The notes: a model not told the origin generated them from the letters alone. DNA of 64,000 nucleotides from Felis catus (GCF_018350175.1 NC_058382.1:52392001-52456000); one strand, 5' to 3'. Shown: positions 12,580-24,815, numbered from the stretch's first letter. Translations and numbers: made by a program.

Positions 12580-13760
12580 TCAGGACAGGAATGCGGTGTG
12601 CGGAGAGAGCCCTGCCCTCTCCCCGCCTTGAAACTGAGGGCGAGGAGACCTTATCGGCCCCGCGGGAGTGAGACTTCGTCTGGGTCTGATGCCGCAGACG
12701 TTTGGATCACTTTTGAAGCGAAGGCCTACCTCGCTGGCGTCCTCATTCAGGTTGTTGTTCAGTAAGGGAGGTTGACGTGATCTCCCCTTCCCTGGAACCA
12801 CGACGCATAGGGGCTTCGCTCCGGCGTGCCTTCAGCGGTTCCGACACGCGACTTCCTTTGGCAGCTGTGGCAGAGACAGAACAAGATCAGACGTGGGCTG
12901 GAGGCAGCCCGCCTCTACTGCGTCCGGGAGGTGTGACCTCGAGCGAGGATTAGGCTTTCTAGGACTCGGGTTTCTCACTGGTAGGGTGGGGATGGTTGGT
13001 TGAGGGTCGGTCGTGAATTCCTGCTGGCAGAGTGCCTGACGCAGTGCCTGGTGAGTACTGAGCATCCGGTAGGTGTCAGCTCTCCACACCCTTGGTAGCC
13101 GCAGCGGGAGCCCTGACGAAGCCACTCGGTGTTCGGAGCTAGCATCTGGGAAGCGCCTACCCCTCTGCCTTGCATCCAGTGGGCCTTCGTCAAAAGCTGC
13201 CTAGCGCCGCCGTTGTGAAGTTTGAAACACGCGCCGCGTGATCTCGAGTGTGCCTTTGGGCGACGTTCTCTCCCAGGGCGCATGCCTGCATCTGGAAACC
13301 TCATTGGGTATTATTTGGCACCGTTCTCCCTTCTGTCCCACCTAAATTAAGCTTTTACTGTAAGTGTCTTCTCCGTCGTGGGACTGTGTGTTCTCACCGA
13401 CAGTGGATTTCAGGGTCCGGGGTCCTCAGCCGAATGAGTTCACGATGGCTTTCCAGAACGAGGGTGACCAAGTCCCGTGGGGAAGCTGCCCCCGGTGGGC
13501 CCAGGTGGCCGGCCGGTCGGGGAGGTTGCAGCCTTTTGTCCTTTGACCAATCGGCCGCCCACGTGACCCTTGAATGAAGCTGTGCGTTCACTCCCTGCTT
13601 CAGGCTCGCTCTGATTCTTTCCCCTTCCTGCAACGTCCCGCTGCCAGTACACATCCCGGCGCGCACAGCGGCCAAGGACAGTGCCTTTGGAGCCCGCTCC
13701 GCTAGTGCGACCTCACCCGGACCAGGCTTGTACCTGCCTAGCCTGCTAAGGCCTGGCTTC
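12580..13760. promoter_or_regulatory. CpG-island-like GC-rich segment (contains a MIR at about 12880-13080)
   Basis: Visibly high CpG density (8 CpG in 13201-13260) against a CpG-poor background; no TSS evidence. Confidence 0.5.
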
Positions 13761-13963
13761 CCAGGCCTGTGACCGGGATGGGGAAGGGAGAGGAGGGGAG
13801 GCTGATGACATGACGAGGGAGAGGCTTACGTGTATTGTTTTTTCTCTCAATTTCCCTGTCTCCGTAGTGTGGTCAGGGCGCTCATTGTGACAACAGAAGC
13901 CTTTTGTTGAGCACTTGCTGTGTATTAACTGCAGGGTAGGGCTTTGAAATATCCGTGTCCATA

Positions 13964-15254
13964 TCTTCCTTCCTTCCTTCCTTCCTTCCTTCCTTCCTTC
14001 CTTCCTTCCTTCCTCCCTCCCTCCCTCCCTCCCTCCTTCCCTCCCTCCTTCCTTCCTTTCCTCCCTCCTTCTATCCTTCCTTCTTTCCCTCCTTCCTTCC
14101 TCCCTTCCTCCCTTCCTCCCTCCCTCCCTCCCTCTCTCCTTCCTTCCCTCCTTCCCTCCTTGCTTCCTTCCCTCCTTCCTTCCCTCCTTCCTTCCTTTCC
14201 TCCCTTCCTTTCCTCCCTCCTTCCCTCCTTCCATCCTTCCTTCTTTCCCTCCTTCCTTCCTTCCTTTCTCCCTCCCTCCCTCCCTCCCTCCCTCCCTCCC
14301 TCCTTCCCTCCCTCCTTCCCTCCCTCCTTCCTTCCTTTCCTCCCTCCTTCTATCCTTCCTTCTTTCCTTCCTTCCTTCCTCCCTTCCTCCCTCCCTCCCT
14401 CTCTCCTTCCTTCCCTCCTTCCCTCCTTGCTTCCTTCCCTCCTTCCTTCCCTACTTCCTTCCTTTCTTCCCTCCTTCCCTTCTTCCTTCCCTCCTTCCAT
14501 CCCTCCTTCCTTCCTTTCTCCCTTCCTTCCTTCCTCCCTTCCTCCCTCCCTTCCTCCCTCCCTCTCTCCTTCCTTCCTTCCTTCCTTCCTTCCTTCCTTC
14601 CTTCCTTCCTTCCTTCCTTTCCTCCTTCCTTCCCTCCTTCCTTCCTTCCCTTCCTCCTTCCTTTCTTCCCTCCTTCCTCCCTTCCTTCCCTCCTTCCTTC
14701 CTTTCTCCCTTCCTTCTTTTCCTCTCTCCTTCCTTCCTTCCCTCCCTCCTTCCTTCCCTCCTTCCCTCCTTCCTTCCCTCCTTCCCTCCTTCCTTCCCTC
14801 CCTCCTTCCCTCCTTCCTTCCTTCCTTTTTTTCCTTCCTTCCCTCCCTCCTTCCTTCCTTTCTCCCTTCCTTTCTCCCTTCCTTCCTTCCCTCACTTCCT
14901 TCCCTCCTTCTTTCCTTCCCTCCTTCCTTCCTTCCTTTCCTCCCTCCTTCCCTCCTTCCTTCCTTCTTTTCTTCCTTCCTTCCTTCCCTCCCTCTTTCCT
15001 TCCTTCCTTTATCCCTTCCTTCTTTTCTTCCTTCCTTCCCTCCCTCCTTCCTTCTTTCCTTTCTCCCTTCCCTCCCTCCTTCCTTCCTCCCTTCCTTCCC
15101 TCCTTCCTTCCTCCCTTCCTTCCCTCCTTCCTTCTTTCCCTCTTTCCTTCCCTCCTTCCTCCCTTCCTTCCTTCTTTCCCTCTTTCCTTCCCTCCTTCCC
15201 TCCTTCCTCCCTTCCTTCCTTTCTCCCTTCTTTCCTTCCTCCCTCCCTCCCTCC
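13964..15254. repeat. Complex (TTCC)n/(TCCC)n polypyrimidine satellite, about 1.29 kb
   Basis: Almost pure C/T on the + strand with about nine purine interruptions, followed by (CCAT)n-like sequence to about 15325. Confidence 0.99.
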
Positions 15255-17966
15255 AAACATCCCCCCTTCTGGCATTCCATCCATCCATCTGTCCCTCCAT
15301 GCATTCACTATCTGTCTATCCATCTATAAACTAACTTAATCCTTAATCCCAAAGCACCCTGGTGATGCGTGGTGTACATCTCCAGGAGGGTAGTCGGAAG
15401 GTTAGGAAGATATAACCTGACCTAAGATAGGGCTGGCTTTCTCCCTGACTATGGATGCTGAGCCCATACCTGCCATGCCTGCTGCCTTTCAGCCCAGCCA
15501 GCTGTGGTTGTTGTCCTCATCCTCCTCATCACCGTTGTGACTCATTTTTTCTCTTGCTGCCATGCCGGGGCTAAACCACGTCACTTGCAGCTAGAAATAC
15601 ACCTGCACGTTAAAGCCCGTACTCATGCACAAGCAAGGGTGGGGCGTTCAGTTATGCTGTGTTACGGTTCTTTGGGAACTGGGGTTTACCTGGGCCCCCA
15701 TTGCCACAGTGCACGTGGGGGTGAGGGACAGGCAGAGACCGAGCTGGGTTGCCTTTTGAGTGGTGAGGAGGCCGGGCCAGGACAGCTGGTTTTGCACGAG
15801 CTCGGAGGGACGATGAGACTCGTCGGCCGCGTGAGCGCACCCCAGAACGGCAAGCCCTTGGCCTCGGCTTCCCGCAGAACGCTGTCCCAGGCGCAGGTGG
15901 GGGCTTTCTTTCCCACCGCAACAGCACTGCTCTCTCTCTCAGCAGCCTGCTGATAATCAGTAAATGCAATTCACCTTTCCCCCCAATTCCTGAAAACTGA
16001 AAGATGAGGGTTGAGTTGCAGGGCACATCAGGAACACGGTCTTCCTGGGACATGGAATCTTGAGCTGCACGGATGGGGGATGTTATTTTATTTGGGAGAA
16101 TGAATTTAAGTTTGGCAGTTACCTGAAAGAAAATTAAGTTGCTGATTGCAAGTCGAATTCTCTGGCCTTCGAAGAAGAAGATAGATTGTAATCTTTAATT
16201 AATCTATCACTCACACCAAAAAAAAAAAAAAGAAGAAGGTAGGGGTGGGGTTGGGGGGACCCGTTCCTGTCGCATGTGTTTCGGGCGGCCGGGCCCGCAC
16301 CGGGAAGGCCAGATGGCGGTACGAGGCCACCACCGCCAGCGCGCTGTGTGTTCACTTTTGTTGAGCGTTGTCTTCATCCTCGTCGTGGTGTGAGGGTCCA
16401 GGCGCGGTGTGTGTGCTCCCACCACAGGCTCACCCGTTGTAATGAAGACAAACGGACTCTAAAGATGACCTTTCCGTGCCTTTGTCTGGAGCCGGTCCCT
16501 CTCCTTAACTGAGCACCTTTCCGGCGAACACGCTCTGAACTCTTGAACCGCTCACTCCCTTCCCCGAGCTTATCGCTCAGGCTGCCGTGTATCATTATAT
16601 GGCTCCGAAGACTGTGTTTCCTACGTCTGACACGGAGATAGAATCTTTCATAACCCTTTACTAGTCATAAATTTGATTGTTAAGGGACCGGGTTAATCTT
16701 GTTTCTCATCCCAGCAGCTGATTTTTGAAACCCTGATTTAGGAGCGTTTTTCTTTCTGCTCCCTTCCTAAAACACGGGGCGAAAGAGTATAAAATATGTC
16801 ACCTGATATTGGAGGATTGTTTATTTCCGTTCATTTTGTCCTGAATAGTACCTAAGAGATGCATTTGAAAACTTACCTTGTTTATATGTTTCTTCTGCTG
16901 CAATTTCTTCCATTACCTGAAATAGTCGCTTTGGACAGCAGGCAAACTCTGCCCTTCCCTAGCCGGGGGGTGAACGGGGAAAGGGGCCCGAGTAAGGAGG
17001 CAGTTGGGAGACCACAGAAGCATTTCGAGATAGAAATGATCGTTTTGCGTTGTGTGATATTTAAGAAGCTAGTACCCCTATTAACCGCAACGGTTTCATC
17101 GATTTTCCTGGACCTTCTCAGGAAGGCACACATAGTAGGTGCTCCATACATCAGGGCTGACCTGAATGGCAGCGTTTGGATTTCTAATTAGGTGCGTAGA
17201 CAAGATCACGGTAGGTCTTTGATGTGGCGACGCGTTTCTGAGCCTCAGTGAGCACCGTTCTCCCGCTAAAGGAGTTTTCTGAGGCTTAATTGAAATAATT
17301 GGTGATAATACCCAGCGCTCTGCCTCTCTGCTTGGCATGTGGTAGGTGCACTTGTCACAGAACCTACTGTAGTTCTGGAAAGAAAACTTAGAGCATTATT
17401 TAGGGGGAGAAGGGACAGTGGAATTTTCAAGAGCGCGTTTCTCTTCCATTAAGCCATTCTGCATTGATGAGAATTGGGCACAGAATAAGTGCAAGATATT
17501 TCGTTAATTCTTGTTGACAGAAGTAGGACTTCGGGTCCAAAGACGTTATATTTAAAGGTGCACACAGATGCACTATTTCAAATTTCTAAACTCTCTTCCA
17601 CGTACGGACAGATGCACACCCGCCAAGTCTCTGCAGTTTGTACTGGCAGTGGCCCCCGGGAGATGGAATTTCTACCCTTCACCAAACTATGCCTTCCCTC
17701 TAAAGAGAGGCAGCTGCTAATTACTAATGCTAATGTCGGGGTGAAGTGCGATAGATAATCTAACACAGGCGATGGCCCCCTGAGCATTTACACTTGACGC
17801 TAGAATGTGTTCGTTTTCTTTATCTTGCGATTAATGCACCTCTATTGAGCATTTGACTCTCCCTTCATAGATAGGATCAGATCCAATATAAATTTATAAC
17901 GCTGCACTACATTTAAACAAGGGCTTTCCCAGTTCCCAGTATTTGTGACTTGCACTTAGAACATAC

Positions 17967-18045
17967 CACACACGTGCACATGCACTCGCACGCATGTGCA
18001 CACACGTGCACACACATGCGTAGGCACACACACACACACGCACAT
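17967..18045. repeat. Alternating purine-pyrimidine (CA/CG/TG) tract
   Basis: Perfect RY alternation over 17987-18022; two CACGTG motifs. Confidence 0.85.
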
Positions 18046-18849
18046 TCTTGCTACAAGCCACACATCCAGTCTCAGAAGCAGAATCAACAGTCCTCGTTCC
18101 TTTTTCCAAACACACAGTGTTCTCTGGCTTCCGATCCATGGTCGCCGTCTGTCTGGGGGAGGGTTGTACTCATCCATGTAGGTATGGTAGAAAAAAAACC
18201 ACAAGCAGTAACCACCGAATGTTACGCAGGATTAATGCCCTATAGCGAAGAACTAGAGTAAAAAAGAATCACAGATCCGCGTGCTTTATCCACGTCAGTT
18301 GTTAAGGGAGTCGTTTATTCATTTATGAGCAATCTTGATTCTGAGCTCCGGTTCCAAGTGTGATGGTAGCCTCGCTGTGCACATATGTGTTGTGCGTGAT
18401 AGTCACACACACTCAGTGCTTGTAAATAGATCACAGTCCGTGTCGTGGGTATAATTGGTGTTCGTGAGATCCACTGATTTTGGGTAAAAGGAGGAAAGAA
18501 TTGGCTTTGTTTTTGACATACAAGCAAGAGGCCATTTGCCAACCATTCTTTCATGCTGCTATTCACTATGGGCCTCTGACCATGGGACATGTCTGTGTCC
18601 ATGTCTCTGACCATGGAACGTGTCTTTGTCCACATCTGTGGAGAATAGCCATACTCTGGGCTTCTGATTCCCTTCCTGAGCATTGAGTTCCTGTGAGCTC
18701 CAATTTATTTTATCCAGTAGAAATCTGTATGAGAGTTATGTCCGCCACGAACAGACAGTTGGTCATGGTCAGCTGAGTTGGAGGGGTGGTGAGTAGATGT
18801 AATTAATTTAGACTTCCAGAGGCCTTTGAAAATCTGTAGAGAACTCAAC

Positions 18850-19345
18850 GTATTTGGAGAAATTTAAGTGACAAAGCAGCTTACAAAATTGCATGTGCCC
18901 TATTCATCTACTTTTGTCACACACAGACACACGCATAGGTACGCGCACAGAAGATGACTCTGAAAAAAAATACACACCAAGATACCTACCGTGGGGCCGG
19001 CTACATAGGTGTCATTTAGTTCTTCAGGGTGAAGGTAAGGAATTTGTCAAATAGCCACAGATTCACATTCTGCCTCCACCACTAACCGGCTGAGAGACGG
19101 GACATTGGATAAGTGAGCTCACGCTGGTACACGCCCAAGTCCTTAGGTGATGTGCTGTGTGACACTCGTGATTTTCCCTACCTCCCAGGCTGATATGTGA
19201 GTGGATTGGGCCCAGATCTAGGAGCTCAGAAAGTGCTCAGCTTCTTACTTCTTACCATTTGTGCTTTTTCCTTCCCTTCGCCTCTGATTTCTCTTCTTTT
19301 GTGAACATGTGTTACTTCTCTAATATGAAAGAACAAAATGTAGTC
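18850..19345 (+). mobile_element. L1M 3' UTR fragment interrupted by a MIR (about 19020-19240)
   Basis: GCAGCTTACAAAATTGCATG..ATACACACCAAGA..GTGAACATGTGTTACTT L1M end motifs; MIR core CTGCCTCCACCACTAACCGGCTG. Confidence 0.5.
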
Positions 19346-20499
19346 AAAGTTTTTGTTTTGTTTTGTTTCGAAGAATCAGTCAAGGGCTGCTGGGACCGTT
19401 TTCATGCACGGACATCTTGCTTGAAGCCAGTTACCCGAGGGTTTCTCTAAACAGAGGGTAGAAAAAGTGTGAATCAGGCAGACCACCCCCCCACCCCCCG
19501 CTATCCACCTGTGTTTAATTTTCATGATTTTTCTCAAGGAATGCTTCCCAGGGAAATCTTTCACATTTCCTCTGGCACCAAACATTTCAGGATACAAAAT
19601 GTGGGCTGGGACGAATCGCCATCAGGGCGTCTCAGGCCCTCCATAAACGATACTGGCTAGATGGCCCTATGCAATGATGCTCTGGCACCAACTTCTTACA
19701 TGCGGGTCCTTGGTAAGGATGGGCTCGTGACTTTGTATGAAGTGAAGGACTCTGCGTTCCTCAAGTTGGAGGACATACAATATGATGCCAAGTCTGAAAA
19801 TTAGAAGAAAACAGAGAGACACTATGAAGAAGGCACAGTGGTCGTTGCTGGAACTTACGGTAAAACTGTTTCTCAGCTTGGGCCTTGACTTTGGTCCCAG
19901 GTTGCCTTACAGGTAAGGCCCGAAGCAAACTGTGTTGCCTGCGATTGTCAGGGAATCCAAACTGTGTAGCACAAGCCACTAGGCGGAGGTGAACGCTTTC
20001 CCTGACATCGAACAAGCGCCTCCCTCACAGGTCCACACGCGAGGCCTGGGTGATCCGGAGGGTGAAGTCGTACTCCGCCGTGATTTTATACAAGACACAG
20101 AAATGCATTTTGAATAGACAGTTCTTCCATCAGCCTCCGAAACTGGCATAACCCTGAATCGTAATTCAGTGAAGGCATTTCTGCAAGAAGCAAAGATAAT
20201 AAGCTCCAAATGCTTTCATTTTCTGTCTTTCCTTCTTAATGCAGGGAAAATCGAGATGGGACTCTCCGTTAGGGCCCAGATGAGGGACCTGGGAGTCATC
20301 ACCATCTGATCCCTGAGGACATTAGCCCAATCTTACTCTGTAGCCAGAACCAATAGTGAAATGAAAGGAAGATAGTAGAAGCAACATAGCAGGACATTTT
20401 TTTTCTTCCCTGGTATAAAAGTGTATGTGAGTGCCGTGTGTGTGTAGTTTAGGGGTGTGAACGGGGAAGGGATGCTATTTAGGCACAGTGCGCACACAG

Positions 20500-20745
20500 T
20501 CACTGAGGGGGCCAGGTTGACATTTCCATTGTGTCACAGCTAAACTATCCGGCAGATGGGCCCTTTTTGCTCACCCCTGGAGTCGGTCTTGACAGCAATT
20601 GTATGCTTTGGTCTGAAATGCTACATGTCACTTCTACTCACCTGCCTATTGGTCAGAACCAATCACGTGACCTTGCAGAAGGAGGGGATGTATAATCTCC
20701 CCATGGGCCTAGGAGGAGAAGAGAAAAGATGTGTGCACACACTCT
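20500..20745 (-). mobile_element. MLT1 (MaLR) LTR fragment, J/K/L-like
   Basis: ACATGTCACTTCTACTCAC..ATTGGTCAGAACCAATCACGTGACC. Confidence 0.65.
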
Positions 20746-21204
20746 TAAGTCTTTACCAAAACGATGCTCCTTTGGCCTGCAAAGAAAAGAATTAAGGGAC
20801 TATACTGTTGGTTGGTACCATTGAACTTGGAAACAAAACAAAAGATAGGCTTATCTAAGGAAGTGCCACCATATGCAGGGAATAGTAGGCTTAGGAAACT
20901 CATAACTTCAAAAGCATGTGTGAAAAACCACTTTCAAATAAAAGTAAGATGAATACATGAGTGAGGAGTTTATGGTGGGATTATTGTACCTTCCTGATCT
21001 CCGGAGGTGGGTTCGAGGAGGAAGAATATGTTACCCCCACAAAGGATTTCTTGTTGGCACAGATGGGAACTGGGGTTGGTTGATCAGTGGGGTCTGGTTC
21101 GGTGTGCTTGGTCTTAGGCATTGCACGTTCTCATTAAAGTAAAAGAAGCATTTGAATCTGGAATCCACAGACTTTTAGCAGAAGAATGAGAGTTAAAGAG
21201 TCTT

Positions 21205-21400
21205 TTTTTTTTTAATTTTTACTTATTTTTGAGAGACAGAGTACAAGCAGGGAAGAGGCAGAGAGAGAGGGAAACACAGAATCGGAATAGGCTCTGAGCT
21301 GTCAGCACAGAGCCCAACATGAGGCTCAAACCCACAAACTGTGAGATCATGACCTGAGCCGAAGTCGGACGCTTAACCGATGGAGCCACCCAGGAGTCCC
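21205..21400 (-). mobile_element. Can-SINE with TSD TAAAGAGTCTT
   Basis: SINE head and tail; duplication at 21194-21204 and 21401-21411. Confidence 0.95.
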
Positions 21401-21502
21401 TAAAGAGTCTTAAAGACTTGTTATAGACATTCTGAGCCAGTATTATAGGCAATGTTGAAGTCAAATAAAAGCCTCAGACATCGTGCATAGCAAAAATGCC
21501 AC

Positions 21503-22045
21503 TGTTCAGTTAGTGCGTGGCTCACCTACACGCAACAGAAAACCCAAAGGATTATTGACTTAAACACATAAGGGTTTATCTTTCCACTTAAAAGAAGTCC
21601 ATGGCTACTAACTAAAAGAAGTAGCTAGTCCAGGACTGACATGATGTTTCTATAAAGTCATCGAAGACTCCTCCATTTTTCTGTTCCACCGTTCTCAGCC
21701 ATTTGGCTTCTGTCCGCAAAAGTTCCCCTCTTGATCCAAGATGGCTCCTGGAACCTCTTCCCTTAAGTTCTATTTGATTTCCAAGCCACAGAAAACAAAA
21801 TGAAGGGGGAGGCAGAAAGAAGGACGAATCTTCCAGCTGAGTCAGTTCCCTCAAAGGACTTTCCCGGAAGTGCCGCCCAATACCCAGTAACATCTCATTG
21901 GCCAGGAATGAGTCACATGGATACATCTAGCTGCAAGGGAGGCTGGGGGATATAGGTGTTGTGTTTTGTTTACCTGAGGCCATTACTCCACTGTATTATA
22001 TAGCCTCTTGTTGCTAAGGAAAAGGGAGAAATGAATATTTTTCTA
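21503..22045 (-). mobile_element. MLT1J-like solo LTR
   Basis: CAAGATGGCT..CATCTCATTGGCCAGGAATGAGTCACATGG..CTAGCTGCAAGGGAGGCTGGG. Confidence 0.85.
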
Positions 22046-22559
22046 TTCTTTCTTGCTATGCCTCTCATAAGGATCTGCTTGACCCCCAGACTGAAAACTG
22101 CCACCCATAGGTCTGCCCAGTGGCCTCGAAATGAGTCTCTCCCACCACTCTCACAAAATATCCTCAGATATCTATCCACAGAGAGATTAAAGCTAGGGGA
22201 AGTTTCTCTTTGGTATCTCTGTCCAGAATTTGTGTACCTTTCCTCCACATCTCGGATTCCTCCCCGGAATCTAATTGTGTGATTTCTAAGTCCTGTGCCG
22301 TAGTGCCTACCAGGCTCATGCTTCTGACAGCATCCTCTGCTCCCAATTTGCCATTCCCCCCTTTTTTATCACCCTGCCCTTCTGATCTTGGATAAGAAGG
22401 AAATAATAATCAAATGCAATCGAGTTAAATTAGGATGTCTACTCTCGCTACTACTCACCTGAGTATTTTTCACTTAGAAAGTGAGTCTTTTGTGTAGTTA
22501 CAGGTATTGGAGCTAATGGAAAGGAGTATTTTCAACCTTGGAGGAAAGGTGGTGTCATG

Positions 22560-23107
22560 TTACAAAGGGGAGCCTTTGGTTCTGAGTAAGAGAAAGTTCC
22601 ATTAAAAGTAATTTGAACAACAACAATAGCAAAATTTATTACCTCACATCAAAAGAAGTTTGGGGCTCAAGCAGTTTCAGGTTTGGTTAATGCAAGGGCT
22701 TGCTTAAAAATATCCTCAGGCACCTAGATTAGCTCTGACTTTCTGCTCTGTTTTCCCCAGCACATTGGTTTATCCTCTCAGGCAGGCTCAGAGTCACAAA
22801 ATGGTTGCCAAGTCCCAGGAATCGCTTGCACATACAAATGACCAGAGGCAGCAAAAGATAAGAGTGTGCCTGTCTCAGGTCCACTTTCAAGAGTGAAGAG
22901 CACCTTCCCAGACGCCTCTGCCAGTAGAAGCCCCTCCCACGATGCCTTGGCCAGAATGGCATCACATACCTGCCTGGAATGAGACCACCAAGACTGTCTC
23001 CCATAAGTCAGGAAGTCTTTTCGGCTGGGGGTGGGGCCTGGAAATTTGTTATCAAGGATGAAGGGAGGAATAATGGCTGTTGAACTGGTAGCCAACAGCA
23101 TCTGCTC
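22560..23107 (-). mobile_element. MLT1 (J/K/L-like) solo LTR
   Basis: CAAAATGGTTGCCA..TTGGCCAGAATGGCATCACAT..AAGGGAGGAATAATGGCTGTTG..GCCAACAGCATCTGC. Confidence 0.75.
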
Positions 23108-24034
23108 GGGGTCTCCCCCATGGCTTTCATATTGGCAGCCGATTCCCTGCCTATGAGGACGGTCCCTCCTTTCCAGCGTTAACTCGGAGGGCCATTGCTT
23201 GGTCATTGGAACTTCTATCCAGCACCTTCACCAGAAGGCCTGGCCCTATCATGGAAACTTTCCACCGGTTGCCAAATCCTGTCCTCAGTACTATATTGAA
23301 CGCCAAATTCTGAAAGACCTGGAATAGAAAAACCTGGGGCCAAGGGCAGTTCCCGATGTGAAATCCTTGGTGATAATGGGGGCTTCCAAACTCTAAGGCT
23401 GAGACCTTAGCTTTCTTTTCTGCTCCTTGGGTGTGGAGAGAGCATCCATCCTCGAAAAAGGAACCTGTCAGATGCCTTGGGTATACTGACAATACATTGA
23501 TGAGAATTGAATGCCCATAAATTGCATAGCCCCAGGGCCCCGTGGGTGCCCTGTCTCACTGCTTATGATTCAAACACCCTGTTTATTTGTATCAAGGACA
23601 GTTGATACTTTAATCATCAATAAACTAACGTTCTAGCAGCCTGCCATAAATTTCTTGTCAAAGCAGAGATTATTATTAGAGCACTGTGATGAAAGATAAT
23701 CCCTACCTAGACTTACATTCGTCACTTTCAAAGCCTCCAGTCGTGGGGCTTGGAGGTTACTAAAGTAAGAAAAGTGTTGCCGACCAGAAACCCGTGTTTT
23801 CTCCTTTCAAAATATCCACGAGTTAATTGGCTTGCATATTGTGACCAAGATCTAGCGTAAGCTCTTTTCACTGAATAGAAAATTGAGTTTTGAGAGCAAA
23901 TATTTTGGTAAGGAAACAGAGAACTGACATTAGTGTTCTCTCTGGTTATACTTGTTAAACAGTAGACGTCTCTCAGTGATTGCTAACATTTATTGTATTA
24001 ATTATTAATACTAAAACTGACGCCTTAATAAGAA

Positions 24035-24290
24035 TACAATCACAGTTGTGATTTATTGAGAGCACCGTGCTGAACACTTTGCATCCCTTATCTTATTTAA
24101 TCTTCGAACAGCCTTATCGAGTAGACATCATGTCTGTTTTACTAAGTACGTGGTTGCTCATTTGCCGATGAGGAAACCATGGCTGACTGAATTATGTGGC
24201 TGCCAAAGTCACAGAGCTGTGAAATGGCAGAGCCGTGGTCGAGGCCGAACTGCGTGGCTTCTGAGCCGTTTTCTAGCTCACTGCAATCAC
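24035..24290 (-). mobile_element. MIR, near full length
   Basis: ATTTATTGAG..TTATTTAATCTTC..GATGAGGAAAC..AAAGTCACAGAGCT. Confidence 0.8.
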
Positions 24291-24815
24291 GGTGGGTTCA
24301 AACGAGATTATTAAAAATGAGATGATTTCTCGAATAAGACAACAAAGTGAATGTGAATTAAGTTCCCATCCTCACACCGAGGGTTCTCTAAGCAGATACC
24401 TACAAATGACAAGCGTGTGCTGACTCCTGAGAGAACCGAGTCTTAGGTCCCTAGGACCCCAGAGGGTGGTTTGAGTAGGTGGTGACTTCCTTCTCGGCAG
24501 CATTCTGGCAGGGTGGGGTAGTTTACCAGAGTCAGAAGCTTTGTAGGAGAGCTCTTGGCACTAAGTGACGGTCCAGGTCCCAGCTCAGGATGCCGTGTTG
24601 GTTCCCAGCTCTGCCTCCAGGAATCATGTACCTGCAGGACCACCATGGCCTTCTGCTCGTGGGATGTCACCACATTGTTTCTTTTAATTCATTCATAAGG
24701 AAGTTCAACAGTCTCATTTCCCCAGATACAGGGAGGTGGAGAGAACCCAGTGAGGCCTCATGGTCGCCGTTGGCCATGGAATAGCTATTGATTTCCTACA
24801 CTCTGGAACAGGCTC

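Noticed and set aside
13746..15334. ORFs of 162-461 aa on both strands (PSFL- or GRKE-rich)
   Set aside because: Translations of the stop-free TTCC/GGAA satellite; open in nearly all frames, so not evidence of coding
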